Below, piece after piece: positions 49,595 to 59,591 of a stretch of DNA of 64,000 bases. Numbering within the stretch: position 1 is the first letter of the stretch; each line of letters begins with the position of its first letter. The notes under the pieces were generated by a model that saw nothing but the letters and a program-made list of their open reading frames with translations, did not search any database and had not been told where the DNA came from. Where the stretch lies: assembly GCA_951813565.1 (NCBI GenBank), contig OX638351.1, forward strand, positions 2,112,001 through 2,176,000, given 5' to 3'. The position numbers and the translations under genes were made by a program. Origin of the DNA: an uncultured Poribacteria bacterium. GTDB lineage: Bacteria; Poribacteria; WGA-4E; WGA-3G.

Positions 49595-50647
49595 ATGAAA
49601 ATATTAGTAACTGGCGGCACGGGCCGTATTGGATCAAATCTTACCAAAAGACTATTAGAAAAGGGACACGAAATCCGTTGTTTTACCTATCCCGGTGATA
49701 CCAATCGTGTTGACAGATGGAAAGGTAATAACAAAGTTGAAACTTTCCTCGGTGATCTGCGCGAATACGAAGATGTTAAAAAAGCCGTTGACGGTGTAGA
49801 TGCAATCTATCACATTGCTGCAGCTTTTGGCGGTCCGTTTAATAACCGTGATTATTTGGCTATCAACGGAATGGGCACGCTCAACATTTTAGAATGTGTC
49901 CGCGAATTCAATAAAAACATACATCGCCTCGTCTATGCGTGTACCGAAGCAATCTATTGGCGTCTAACGGAAAAAGGGAGACTTTTCAACGAACTCATCA
50001 CGGAGGATATGGTCGCCAAATACCACAACATGCCTTATTTCCTCACGAAATGGATCGGCGAAGAACTTTGCATGACGTATCACCACCAATACGGTGTGCC
50101 TTCTACAGTGTTTCGGTTTGCTACTGTCATTGAACCGAGCGAATTTCTCAATAACGATGGATTACCCAAACTATTTGTCTTTAGCACTATCTATAACCGA
50201 TACAAAAACTATAAAGGCAACGACCCAGTTGAATTAGAGACTGCAGAAGCGGTAATGAAAGCGTGGAACGGAGAAGAAAAGTTTATACTCAAACGGAACC
50301 CTGACGGACGTCCTTACAAAGAACATTTTGCCGATATACGTGATATTGTTCAGGGATTGGTCTTAGGAATAGAAAAGGATGCTGCTGTCGGTGAAGAATT
50401 CACCCTCGGTGGAAAAGGTGTTTTTAATTTCGCAGAGGTTATTCCTTACCTATGTGAACGCTATCATAAGGATTTCGCCGATATAAAACTCCCGAATACC
50501 AACTATTTTGAGTTTGATCTCAGCAAAATCAAAACCTTATTGGACTATGAACCGGAACATGATATAGCAAGCATCCTTGATGCAGCAGAAGCGATGGGGC
50601 GTGGCGAAGATGTTGGCATCATCCCAACAGGGGTACGATGGGGTTGA
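49595..50647 (+). CDS. NAD-dependent epimerase/dehydratase
   Basis: ILVTGGTGRIG, YFLTK (YxxxK). Confidence 0.9.
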   Translation: MKILVTGGTGRIGSNLTKRLLEKGHEIRCFTYPGDTNRVDRWKGNNKVETFLGDLREYEDVKKAVDGVDAIYHIAAAFGGPFNNRDYLAINGMGTLNILECVREFNKNIHRLVYACTEAIYWRLTEKGRLFNELITEDMVAKYHNMPYFLTKWIGEELCMTYHHQYGVPSTVFRFATVIEPSEFLNNDGLPKLFVFSTIYNRYKNYKGNDPVELETAEAVMKAWNGEEKFILKRNPDGRPYKEHFADIRDIVQGLVLGIEKDAAVGEEFTLGGKGVFNFAEVIPYLCERYHKDFADIKLPNTNYFEFDLSKIKTLLDYEPEHDIASILDAAEAMGRGEDVGIIPTGVRWG

Positions 50648-50745
50648 AAATAAATTGCCTTGAAAACGACAGAAAAATGCGTTAAACTTAAGTTATAGGA
50701 TAGATTTAGACCTTAAAAGTATTTGAGAATGTTAGGAGATACACC

Positions 50746-52404
50746 ATGAAAACAACATTTTGGGCCTACCGGAATTGGGCGATTCTGCTTGCTTTCGCTT
50801 TCTTAGTAGCAAGTTGCGCCACAGTCACAACGATAACAACTACCGATAGATACGTCCATTCAAGCACTAAACACTTGGATAGACATATTGATGCTGTGCT
50901 TAAACGAGAAGGACTTGAACCTTCAAGACAGACAAATGATACCGAATTTCTTAGGCGTATCTATTTAGATATGACAGGAAAGATTCCGACGCCGGAAGAG
51001 GTGTTAGATTTTGTTGACGACGGTTCTCCGAACAAACGTGCAAAGAAAATTGATGAACTTATTGGGAGCAAAGAATCTGTTGATTATTGGACACTGTTGT
51101 GGGTCAACTGGTTAATCGGTAGACGTGGCGATGGTGATGATCAACGCATCGGTTTGAATAGTTGGGTACGTGAAGCACTTGAGACGAACATGCCTTACAA
51201 TCAGTTTGTCAAAGAACTTGTCGCTGCCGATGGAGAAACAAAGGACAATGCAGCAGGCAATTACGTCCTACGTTATGAACGTTCACCGGTCTTTTTAACT
51301 TCTCACACTTCTCGCCTGTTTCTCGGTCTCCCGATGCAATGCGCTGAATGTCACGATCATAAGACGGAAGCTTGGTTACAGGAGGATTTCTACAGTATCG
51401 CCGCCTTCTTTACAGGTATTGAAAGCGAGGAAAAAGAAGAATTTCAAGGCATGGATATGATCGGTAATCCGAAGATGATGCAAAATATCCTTATCAAAAA
51501 CACGCCAAAACAGGACAGATCAATCTACGTCGAAAGCATGAAAGAATCTGTTCCACCGCGTTTCCTTGATGGCGCTGACTATAAAGGAGAACTTACCAAA
51601 AAACGTGAGGCACTCGCCGAATGGATGACCGCTAAAACAAACCCTTATTTTAGCAAAGCCATCGTCAATCGGATATGGAAACACTTTATGGGACGCGCTT
51701 TTGTTGAACCTATTGACGGATTCGGTGAAGAATATCCTCCCACTAATCCTGAACTATTAGCGTGGTTAGCTGAAGACTTTGTCATTCATGGATACGACTT
51801 GCAACATCTGATGCGGATTATTCTCAATTCTAAAACGTATCAGCGAAGTTCAGAGACGAATAAGAGGAACGAGGATGATGAAATTTATTACTCGCACGCC
51901 TATATGAAACCTTTGAGTGCTGAGCAATTCTTCTACTCTATGCTTCAAGCCACCGGTTTTGAAAGATTACAGCAAGTTAAAATGGAAGGTATCAATAGAC
52001 AAGGCGAAGATCGCGAGGGGATGCGACGAGATATTGAACAAAAGAAACGCGATCATCTCAACAAGTTTCTCTTTCTGCTTGATAACGGTGAGATGGAAGA
52101 GATTGAAGCGTTCAACGGAACAGTGCCACAAGCACTTATGATGATTAACGGACCTCTTGTGAACAACAGCGCGAATTATAAGGAACGCGGTAGTTTTATC
52201 AACTATGTCCTTGGTAATTGGCGAGATACGGTTGACAGGGTTCAGTTTATCTATCTCACTGTGCTGTCACGCAAACCGACTGGTAAAGAACAAACCTATT
52301 TCCAACGCTATTTAGATCGAAGTCTATACAGAGACAAAGACTTGGCTTATGAAGACCTCTATTGGGTTTTACTAAATTCAGCAGAATTTTCACTAAACCA
52401 TTAG
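50746..52404 (+). CDS. DUF1549/DUF1553 (planctomycete PSD-type) lipoprotein
   Basis: FLRRIYLDMTGKIPT, CAECHDH, NPYFSKAIVNRIW, PQALMMING, WVLLNSAEF. Confidence 0.9.
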   Translation: MKTTFWAYRNWAILLAFAFLVASCATVTTITTTDRYVHSSTKHLDRHIDAVLKREGLEPSRQTNDTEFLRRIYLDMTGKIPTPEEVLDFVDDGSPNKRAKKIDELIGSKESVDYWTLLWVNWLIGRRGDGDDQRIGLNSWVREALETNMPYNQFVKELVAADGETKDNAAGNYVLRYERSPVFLTSHTSRLFLGLPMQCAECHDHKTEAWLQEDFYSIAAFFTGIESEEKEEFQGMDMIGNPKMMQNILIKNTPKQDRSIYVESMKESVPPRFLDGADYKGELTKKREALAEWMTAKTNPYFSKAIVNRIWKHFMGRAFVEPIDGFGEEYPPTNPELLAWLAEDFVIHGYDLQHLMRIILNSKTYQRSSETNKRNEDDEIYYSHAYMKPLSAEQFFYSMLQATGFERLQQVKMEGINRQGEDREGMRRDIEQKKRDHLNKFLFLLDNGEMEEIEAFNGTVPQALMMINGPLVNNSANYKERGSFINYVLGNWRDTVDRVQFIYLTVLSRKPTGKEQTYFQRYLDRSLYRDKDLAYEDLYWVLLNSAEFSLNH

Positions 52405-52462
52405 AACGAGATATGCGGTTCGCTAATCCGGCGAACCGCTTCCGAAAAAGGAGTATTATCAA

Positions 52463-53182
52463 ATGAAAAGATATGGTATATTTGTCCTCTTATGTTGTTT
52501 TACCTTCGGCATTGCGACAGCTGCAATGGCACAACTGTATTTTGAGGATAATTTTGACAACGCAAACAAATCTGAAGATAAATGGGTTCCCTTGTGGGGT
52601 GAATGGGAATTTAAAGATAAAGAATATCATCAACTCTCAAACGATTCCAACTGCATGAGCATTGTTTCGGATGATTTTTGGGATGAGGATTGGAATGAGT
52701 ACACCTATGAAGTGCGTGGGAATAAAACCAGTGGTGCTGAAGGGTTCCTGATTATGTTCAGGTGCCAAGGCCCGATGGAACCACGGGGAAAGGCACTTAA
52801 AGAACACCCACCGCGCATGCAAAAGCAGGCAAGGTTAGAGTACTGGTGGAACCTCGGCGGTTGGGGAAATACCACTTCAAAAGTAGAGTCGTGGGGTGGT
52901 GTAGCAAGCCCGAACACTAACCACACTATCGAAACAGGGGAATGGTATAGCATCAAAATTGTTAATACCCCTACCAGTTACACGCTTTACCTCAACGATG
53001 AAAAAGTGGGTGAAACTATTAACGATGCGACCAGAGATGGTGTCGGACGAGTCGGCGTGGCAACGTGGTCTACCACTGCCAGATACGAGGATGTGCTCGT
53101 TTACGGACCTGACGGTCCGCTACCCGTTAATCCCAAAGGCAAAGTCGCAACCACTTGGGGATTCCTCAAAGCTGGTAGGTAA
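52463..53182 (+). CDS. Secreted DUF1080/concanavalin-like protein with conserved C-terminal motif
   Basis: Signal peptide, FEDNFD, WWNLGGWGNT, ends VNPKGKVATTWGFLKAGR. Confidence 0.75.
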   Translation: MKRYGIFVLLCCFTFGIATAAMAQLYFEDNFDNANKSEDKWVPLWGEWEFKDKEYHQLSNDSNCMSIVSDDFWDEDWNEYTYEVRGNKTSGAEGFLIMFRCQGPMEPRGKALKEHPPRMQKQARLEYWWNLGGWGNTTSKVESWGGVASPNTNHTIETGEWYSIKIVNTPTSYTLYLNDEKVGETINDATRDGVGRVGVATWSTTARYEDVLVYGPDGPLPVNPKGKVATTWGFLKAGR

Positions 53183-53206
53183 GGTTATTTTACTTTAAAA
53201 GATTGA

Positions 53207-53241
53207 AGGCAGTGCCATTACAAATGGTCCTGCCTCTTTTT
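53207..53241 (+). terminator. Probable rho-independent terminator
   Basis: aggcag..ccat/atgg..ctgcct followed by T run. Confidence 0.5.
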
Positions 53242-53261
53242 GTCTTTCTATCAATTTTTCT

Positions 53262-53325
53262 TGTGGAAGGATTTGTAACCCCGATTTCAACAATGTATTC
53301 TGTAGGAGGGGTTTGTAACCCCGAC
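53262..53325. repeat. Tandem GTAG-class REPs
   Basis: gtggaaggatttgtaaccccga and gtaggaggggtttgtaaccccgac; relatives near 12945 and 34338. Confidence 0.6.
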
Positions 53326-53431
53326 TTTCTAAAAAGGCAAACTGAGCTGCTGTGGAGTTTGTTCTGTTGATGGAAATCGTTTATTCCCATTCAGGAGCGC
53401 GAGATAATCATCTTTATTCCTAAACATCTGT

Positions 53432-53668
53432 TTATCGATCGATCCTTTTTTGGATAACGAAACAAATAGCGCGTGCTTGGCAATTCAGCGAACGACTCGG
53501 ATTGAAGACGATGTCTGAAAAACCTTGAAACTTTTCAAGTTCTTCCATTAAGTCTTTCTTTTTTTGGTATAATGCCGTGATGTATAACCAGTCATAGAAA
53601 GCCGTTTTAGGTTCTGTAGGAAAGTCTTCTCCACAGAAGTTGAAAGCAATAAATCTGCCGAATCTCAT
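53432..53668 (-). pseudogene. Fragment resembling the C-terminus of a DarT1-associated NADAR (DUF6977-like) protein
   Basis: FPTEPKTAFYDWLYITAL...FSDIVFNPSRSLNCQARA; N-terminal half missing; family recognised from memory. Confidence 0.6.
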
Positions 53669-53701
53669 AAAGTCGGTGCTTGGAATAACGAATCGCTTAC
53701 T

Positions 53702-54745
53702 CTATCGATCCCCAACCTGCTCACGTACAGGCGGGTTCTCCAGTGATTCAGGTTCCGGACGTTGATCTAACCACCACGAAAACACAACTACCAAACACGC
53801 AAACACAATGGCACTGAGTGCCATCGGCATACCCACTGTTTTCTCCTCCTCAGTATCGCGTTCCGCCTGCATACGTATCCTGAATAGGGCAATAACACCT
53901 GACAATACGACAACAGCAGCCAATACAAGGTTCGCCTGCCATGGAACACTGAAAAGCACTGTAATGAGTGAAATCACAGCAACTGTCATACTCAATAAAG
54001 CAAATGAATTGTAAGGTGTGGTATCTACTTCTTTACTGACGGATAATTCGCTGTACTGACGCGGTGGCACAGGAACAGGAACATCATCTTGATATGTCAT
54101 CTCGATGAGCCGAATGAATTCAGCTAACAATTTCTCCTGCTGAATCCACTCATAAAGTGTTGGATATTCGTGTCGGAGAAGCATAACGAATTCTTGGCGT
54201 TGCGCACTAAAATCAGTAAACTCCTCCCAGTCGTTTTCTGCCACAGTGGTATAGGGTTCCGGACCAACGCGCAATTCATACCCTTTCCCTTCTACATAAA
54301 CAACACTACCGATATCTTCACGTTGTGCAAGTAATATTTCTCCAGAATCAGTTGTCAATTGTTGATCTTCCTCTGCAACAGCAGCCATGTCGCGTTGTTT
54401 TAGTGTTTCTGCCATCTCTGCAGATTGTGTTGTTACCTTATTACCAGCAATTGCAACGTCAATTTGACTTACTAGTTCAAGAGCAGTAACTTCATGCTCT
54501 GGTGCCACAAACAGGGCGGTTCGGCGTTCCCGTTTTACTTGTACAGGACGACAGCGAATCTGTTGCGCACCCAAAGTTGCCTGAATGAGTTTCACTTCCC
54601 ACTCATCGTTAGTGCGGTAAATCTCGACCCAATCGGAAGTATCACCAACTTCCTCACCTATGAATTCTGAAATCTGGTTCAATCTACCTTGGCTAACCTG
54701 TGCGTCCTGCAACGGATTACTCAGTTTGCCTCTTTCTCCATCCAT
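53702..54745 (-). CDS. Membrane protein with an N-terminal DUF2007-like domain
   Basis: WVEIYRT..EWEVKLIQATL..ALFVAPE; three C-terminal TM helices; AAGGAG RBS. Confidence 0.65.
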   Translation of the reverse strand: MDGERGKLSNPLQDAQVSQGRLNQISEFIGEEVGDTSDWVEIYRTNDEWEVKLIQATLGAQQIRCRPVQVKRERRTALFVAPEHEVTALELVSQIDVAIAGNKVTTQSAEMAETLKQRDMAAVAEEDQQLTTDSGEILLAQREDIGSVVYVEGKGYELRVGPEPYTTVAENDWEEFTDFSAQRQEFVMLLRHEYPTLYEWIQQEKLLAEFIRLIEMTYQDDVPVPVPPRQYSELSVSKEVDTTPYNSFALLSMTVAVISLITVLFSVPWQANLVLAAVVVLSGVIALFRIRMQAERDTEEEKTVGMPMALSAIVFACLVVVFSWWLDQRPEPESLENPPVREQVGDR

Positions 54746-54833
54746 TACGACTCCTTGACACAAGCATCGGATTGCAAGCAATGCTCAAAATTATTGTCCA
54801 TCTCAATTGTATATAACGTATGCTGAGTATAAA

Positions 54834-56039
54834 TTATGTCAGTAGTTCTGTATAAACTACTTCTGTCAAAGCCGTGTTCTTTTTGCTGCTAAACAAATGT
54901 TCCGCGCGCTGACGTGCCGCTTTTCCCATTTCTGCCAACTGTTCTCGATCAGCAGCGAGTTTTGCAATAGCAGACGCAATCGCCTTGGCATCCTCAGGCG
55001 GCACCAAAATTCCGGTTTCAGGTGTGACCAACTCTTTACTTCCACCAAGCGGCGTGGCAATAACCGGTTTGCCGACTGCCATCGCTTCAATAATGGTACG
55101 TGGGCATGCCTCTGGGATAATAGAAGGCACTAACACAATGTCAAGCAGCGTTGTAACCACGCGTGTATCAGATAAAAAACCGGTGAAAACCACAGAATCC
55201 TCAACCTCTAAATCAGCTACCTCTTGTTTTAGCGACGCCATATAATCGTGGTCTTTCTGGAAATAAGGTCCACCGACAATTAGTAGTTTGATATCAACCG
55301 CACTATTGAGAGAAGTCTTTTTCAATTCAGCCATCGCCCTCACAAGAAAATGGATACCCTTTTCCGGTGTTATCCGCGTCACAACACCCAACAGTATTGG
55401 CAGCGCCGACTCACTCTCTACAAGTTTAGTATTTTCCAAAAAGAGTTCTGATCGAAGAGCATCCACTTCTGCTTGTGATGCTTGAAAAGCCTCCAAATCC
55501 ACGCCGTTATAGATTAGCGTCTGCTTTGCTTCAGGCGCGAAATCCCAACGTGTTGCCTCCGATACCAGAATTACTCGACTTAGCAGCTTTTCACAAATCT
55601 TGTCCAGAATGCCGTAGGATGTTGCATAGCGTTTGTGCATTAGGATTGGGATGCGGTTCATTTTTGCTACGATGCCGCCAAGCAGTGCCACGGAAAGCGA
55701 ATTGGCATGGATAAGTGCAATTGCATGCTGCTTTACTACCCGATGGAGTTGCAGAATAACCCGCAGTTGCCGAAGATCATTGAACAAATCTTGGAACGTA
55801 AATCGCTTTACCTTGTCGGTTTTATTATGCGCTTCAGGAAGAGACAATGGAACAACTTGTGCGTCTGTCTTTGCCACTTCCGCCGCAAACGGACTTCCCC
55901 CAAGACAACCCACAAAAGGTGTCCAACGTTGTTTATCTAACAACTTTAACAGCAGTAGGAGACTTCGTTGTCCACCGCCAATGCCTGAACCGCTATCAAG
56001 ATATAGAATGTTGTATTTTGATGGATCGGGTGTTTTCAT
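54834..56039 (-). CDS. Glycosyltransferase family 4
   Basis: GGGQRS, IYNGVD, RITPEKG, EACPRTIIEAMAVGKPVI. Confidence 0.92.
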   Translation of the reverse strand: MKTPDPSKYNILYLDSGSGIGGGQRSLLLLLKLLDKQRWTPFVGCLGGSPFAAEVAKTDAQVVPLSLPEAHNKTDKVKRFTFQDLFNDLRQLRVILQLHRVVKQHAIALIHANSLSVALLGGIVAKMNRIPILMHKRYATSYGILDKICEKLLSRVILVSEATRWDFAPEAKQTLIYNGVDLEAFQASQAEVDALRSELFLENTKLVESESALPILLGVVTRITPEKGIHFLVRAMAELKKTSLNSAVDIKLLIVGGPYFQKDHDYMASLKQEVADLEVEDSVVFTGFLSDTRVVTTLLDIVLVPSIIPEACPRTIIEAMAVGKPVIATPLGGSKELVTPETGILVPPEDAKAIASAIAKLAADREQLAEMGKAARQRAEHLFSSKKNTALTEVVYTELLT

Positions 56040-56427
56040 CTTCCCACGTAATATGAATCTTTATACAAGTATTGGGCAATCCATCTGTCATCCGCTCTGC
56101 CCACTCAATAATGCAGATACCGTCCCCTTCAACATACTCACCTAATCCAAGGTCGGCAATCTCCGCAGCAGTTTCAAGACGATACAGATCAATGTGATAG
56201 ATAGGAATTTTACCATTATATTCGTTTATGAGTATATAAGAAGGACTGCTGACAACCTCACCCGGCGCGATGCCAACACCACGCGCGATGCCTTGTGTTA
56301 AACACGTCTTGCCTGTCCCCAGATCACCGATTAGTGCGATAACGTCACCAGAGTTCAGTGTTTTGCCGAGTTTCTCTCCGAGAGTTTGTGTTTCCTGCGG
56401 ACTCTCTGTCCTAAATACCTTTTCCAT
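55996..56427 (-). CDS. tsaE: tRNA threonylcarbamoyladenosine biosynthesis ATPase
   Basis: GDLGTGKT, VSSPSY, HIDLYRL, IIEWAE. Confidence 0.95.
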   Translation of the reverse strand: MEKVFRTESPQETQTLGEKLGKTLNSGDVIALIGDLGTGKTCLTQGIARGVGIAPGEVVSSPSYILINEYNGKIPIYHIDLYRLETAAEIADLGLGEYVEGDGICIIEWAERMTDGLPNTCIKIHITWEDENTRSIKIQHSIS

Positions 56428-57956
56428 TACGCTCCTGCTGCACACCGCAAGATATCCTCTTGCGTCAAATTCTCATTGACAAATTCGCCTGTAATTCTGC
56501 CTTCATGTAATACCAATACCCGATCACTCATTCCTAAAATTTCTGGCAGCTCTGAAGATACTAACACGATAGCAACGCCTTCATCAGCAAGCTGCGCAGC
56601 CAAAATATGAATTTCTGCTTTTGCACCGACATCAATCCCGCGCGTAGGTTCATCAAGAAACAGTATCATCGGACGCGTCATCAACCATTTGCCTAAAACT
56701 ACTTTCTGTTGATTTCCACCGCTGAGCTGACGAACAGGCACATCAAGAGAAGGCATTTTAATGCGGAGCGAGTCAGCAGAGTGCATGCTTTTTTGATACT
56801 CTACTTGACGGTTGATTACACCAAACGATGTAATTTCTCCTGATGCACGTAGACTTGTAAGTGTCATGTTCCGAACGACATCGTTATCCAGAATAAGTCC
56901 ATACCGTTTCCGATCTTCGCTGACTAACGCCATTCCCTTCTGTATAGCATCGCGCGGTGAGCGAATATGGATACGTGTTCCATCTCTATAGACTTTTCCA
57001 TCCCATTTCCCTGAATACGCACCGAAGATAACATTAATAAGTTCTGTTCTGCCTGCCCCCATTAACCCAGCGATTCCAAGGATTTCACCTCGCCGCACAT
57101 CAAAGCTTATATTTTCAAGACGCGGTGGTTCTGAAGGGTAGGTGCTTAAATCTTCAATCCGTAATGCTACTTCTGCTTTTTCTGGTAATGGCGAAGTATG
57201 TTCACGCTCAGGAAAAAGTGTTGTCAACTCACGCCCGACCATCTGTGAAATCAGTATATCTTCGGTGCATTCATTAATTGATTGCGTTGCAACCGTTTTA
57301 CCATCGCGGAGCACAGTCACACGGTCAGCAATCTGAAATACCTCTTTGAGTTTGTGAGTAATATAGATACAAGTTACACCTTTATCCCTTATCTGTATTA
57401 GAATCTGTCGGAGAATATCTACTTCACTTTTAGTCAACGCCGCTGTCGGTTCATCAAGCACAAGCAATCTTGCATTGCGGGATAATGCCTTTGCTATTTC
57501 CACAAGTTGTTGTTGTCCAATACCGAGTTTATAGACTTGCCCTTTTAGCGGTATTTCCAATCCAAACTGTGCCAACAGCTGCCCCGCATCCTCATGCATG
57601 CGTGATTTGTCAATTATGCCGAATTTACGCGGTTCCTTGCCGAGATAGATATTCTCCGTAACCGTCATCTCTGGGATTAGTGCCAATTCCTGATGAATGA
57701 TAGCGATGCCCGCGTGTTCTGCATCGCGCACGTTACGGAAACGTTGTTCAACACCGTTAATATGTAGGTGTCCTTCATAAGTACCATACGGATGCACTGC
57801 GCCAAGCACTTTAATCAACGTTGATTTGCCCGCTCCATTCTCACCACAAAGCGCCTGGATTTCTCCAGAATGCACCTCAAAATTCACGTCATCTAACGCG
57901 CGCACACCGGGAAAATCTTTTGTGATTGCCTGCATGTTGAGAAGTGGGCCTGCCAT
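56427..57956 (-). CDS. Sugar ABC transporter ATP-binding protein (XylG-like)
   Basis: Two ABC domains; GENGAGKST, LSGGNQQKV, DEPTRGIDVGAK. Confidence 0.92.
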   Translation of the reverse strand: MAGPLLNMQAITKDFPGVRALDDVNFEVHSGEIQALCGENGAGKSTLIKVLGAVHPYGTYEGHLHINGVEQRFRNVRDAEHAGIAIIHQELALIPEMTVTENIYLGKEPRKFGIIDKSRMHEDAGQLLAQFGLEIPLKGQVYKLGIGQQQLVEIAKALSRNARLLVLDEPTAALTKSEVDILRQILIQIRDKGVTCIYITHKLKEVFQIADRVTVLRDGKTVATQSINECTEDILISQMVGRELTTLFPEREHTSPLPEKAEVALRIEDLSTYPSEPPRLENISFDVRRGEILGIAGLMGAGRTELINVIFGAYSGKWDGKVYRDGTRIHIRSPRDAIQKGMALVSEDRKRYGLILDNDVVRNMTLTSLRASGEITSFGVINRQVEYQKSMHSADSLRIKMPSLDVPVRQLSGGNQQKVVLGKWLMTRPMILFLDEPTRGIDVGAKAEIHILAAQLADEGVAIVLVSSELPEILGMSDRVLVLHEGRITGEFVNENLTQEDILRCAAGA

Positions 57957-58051
57957 TTTTCGTTGATGCTCCAATACTGAGATTCTCGTTATTATAGCAG
58001 GATCAAGTGCTGGATTCAAGGTTTTTGTCGTTTACTATACTTCTGTTCATC

Positions 58052-58080
58052 TTGACTTTTCCGACATGTTGATATATAAT
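58052..58080 (+). promoter_or_regulatory. Promoter of the R-M operon
   Basis: TTGACT-17 nt-TATAAT. Confidence 0.65.
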
Positions 58081-58190
58081 ACCTCTATAACACAAGAATA
58101 TGGCAATATAGCGAAAAAATTATTAACAGATGTTGGACGTTCGGAAACATTGATACGAAAAAACAAACTGTTAGGAGCGATGTTCTAAAA

Positions 58191-59591
58191 ATGTTAACAA
58201 GAACTGACATTGAACATGAAAAGTTAAAAGATGACTCTCCATTTTTCAGGGCAGCCCTTGCACCGACCAACGAGGAACAACAGCTGCTTTTCACGCTTAA
58301 AAACCTCGGAAAACTGCCGGCAGGATTTGATGGACAATTGTTTGTACCTTTATTGGAACACCATAATCCGAAAATCCGATGCCTTGCCATAAAGAATGTC
58401 GGAAAGTTAAAAGACAGGCGTTTTTTACCGGAACTCGTCGCGTTTGCCAAAACCGAGAAAAACACACTCGCTCGCCGCGAAGCGGTATCAGCAATAGGCA
58501 GGCTCAAAACCGAAAATGCAATTCCGATTTTGACGCAATTTACCATGGATACTGATCCAAAGATTATACTGCAGGCACTGCGCGGGCTGCTTTACTTTAA
58601 AGAACATCCTAAAGTCCAATCAGCGTTAGCATCTCTTGCTGAACACCCTAATGAATTGATTCGGGAACAAATAGCGAGAGAACTGAAGGAGCATAGACAG
58701 ACAGAAACTTCCAAAACGCGAAACCATCCTGCCAGTCTGGACACACTTAAAAATGTAATGGTCCGTGCCGACGTTCAAGATGTGTTAAAAGTTATCCCAG
58801 ACGAGTCAATCCATCTTACTTTTACATCTCCACCGTATTACAATGCGCGCGACTATACCATTTTTCCGAGTTATAAGGCGTACCTTGATTTTCTGACTGC
58901 TGTATTCAAGGAAACGCACCGTATTACAAAAGAGGGACGTTTCTTTGTACTTAATACATCACCTATTATTGTGCCACGCATTAGCCGTGCTCATTCCAGC
59001 AAACGATATGCGATTCCTTACGACATTCACCCGCGCCTTACCAAAATCGGATGGGAGTTTATTGATGACATCGTATGGGTGAAACCTGAGTACGCTGCGA
59101 AAAATCGAAACGGTGGATTTTTCCAACATCGTAAACCCCTCGGTTACAAGGCTAATTCAGTCACTGAAAGCGTTATGGTGTACCGGAAAAAAACAGACAA
59201 ACTGATTGATTGGAATCTACGCCAGTATGATGACGAAACAATTGCTGCAAGCAAAGTTATGGGTGAGTATGAAAAAACGAACGTTTGGCAAATCAATCCA
59301 GCAACAGATAAAATTCATCCGGCAGTTTTTCCGCCTGAACTGGCTGCGCGCGTTATTCAGTTTTATTCTTTTAAAGGTGACCTTGTTTTTGACCCATTTG
59401 GGGGCAGTGGGACTGTCGGACACGTTGCTCTGGCTCATGAAAGATATTTTTTCCTCTGTGAAAAAGAGGCAGAATATATTGAACGGGCAAAACAGATGCT
59501 TGATACATCCTTATTTTCTACCACAAACCCTCGGACACTTTCACTTACTGAATTGGAATCTGATATAGCAGAGGAAACTCAAAAACTATGA
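58191..59591 (+). CDS. Beta-class amino DNA methyltransferase (probably m4C) with N-terminal HEAT repeats
   Basis: TSPPYY precedes HPAVFP and DPFGGSGT; aa ~30-165 contain HEAT-like units. Confidence 0.9.
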   Translation: MLTRTDIEHEKLKDDSPFFRAALAPTNEEQQLLFTLKNLGKLPAGFDGQLFVPLLEHHNPKIRCLAIKNVGKLKDRRFLPELVAFAKTEKNTLARREAVSAIGRLKTENAIPILTQFTMDTDPKIILQALRGLLYFKEHPKVQSALASLAEHPNELIREQIARELKEHRQTETSKTRNHPASLDTLKNVMVRADVQDVLKVIPDESIHLTFTSPPYYNARDYTIFPSYKAYLDFLTAVFKETHRITKEGRFFVLNTSPIIVPRISRAHSSKRYAIPYDIHPRLTKIGWEFIDDIVWVKPEYAAKNRNGGFFQHRKPLGYKANSVTESVMVYRKKTDKLIDWNLRQYDDETIAASKVMGEYEKTNVWQINPATDKIHPAVFPPELAARVIQFYSFKGDLVFDPFGGSGTVGHVALAHERYFFLCEKEAEYIERAKQMLDTSLFSTTNPRTLSLTELESDIAEETQKL

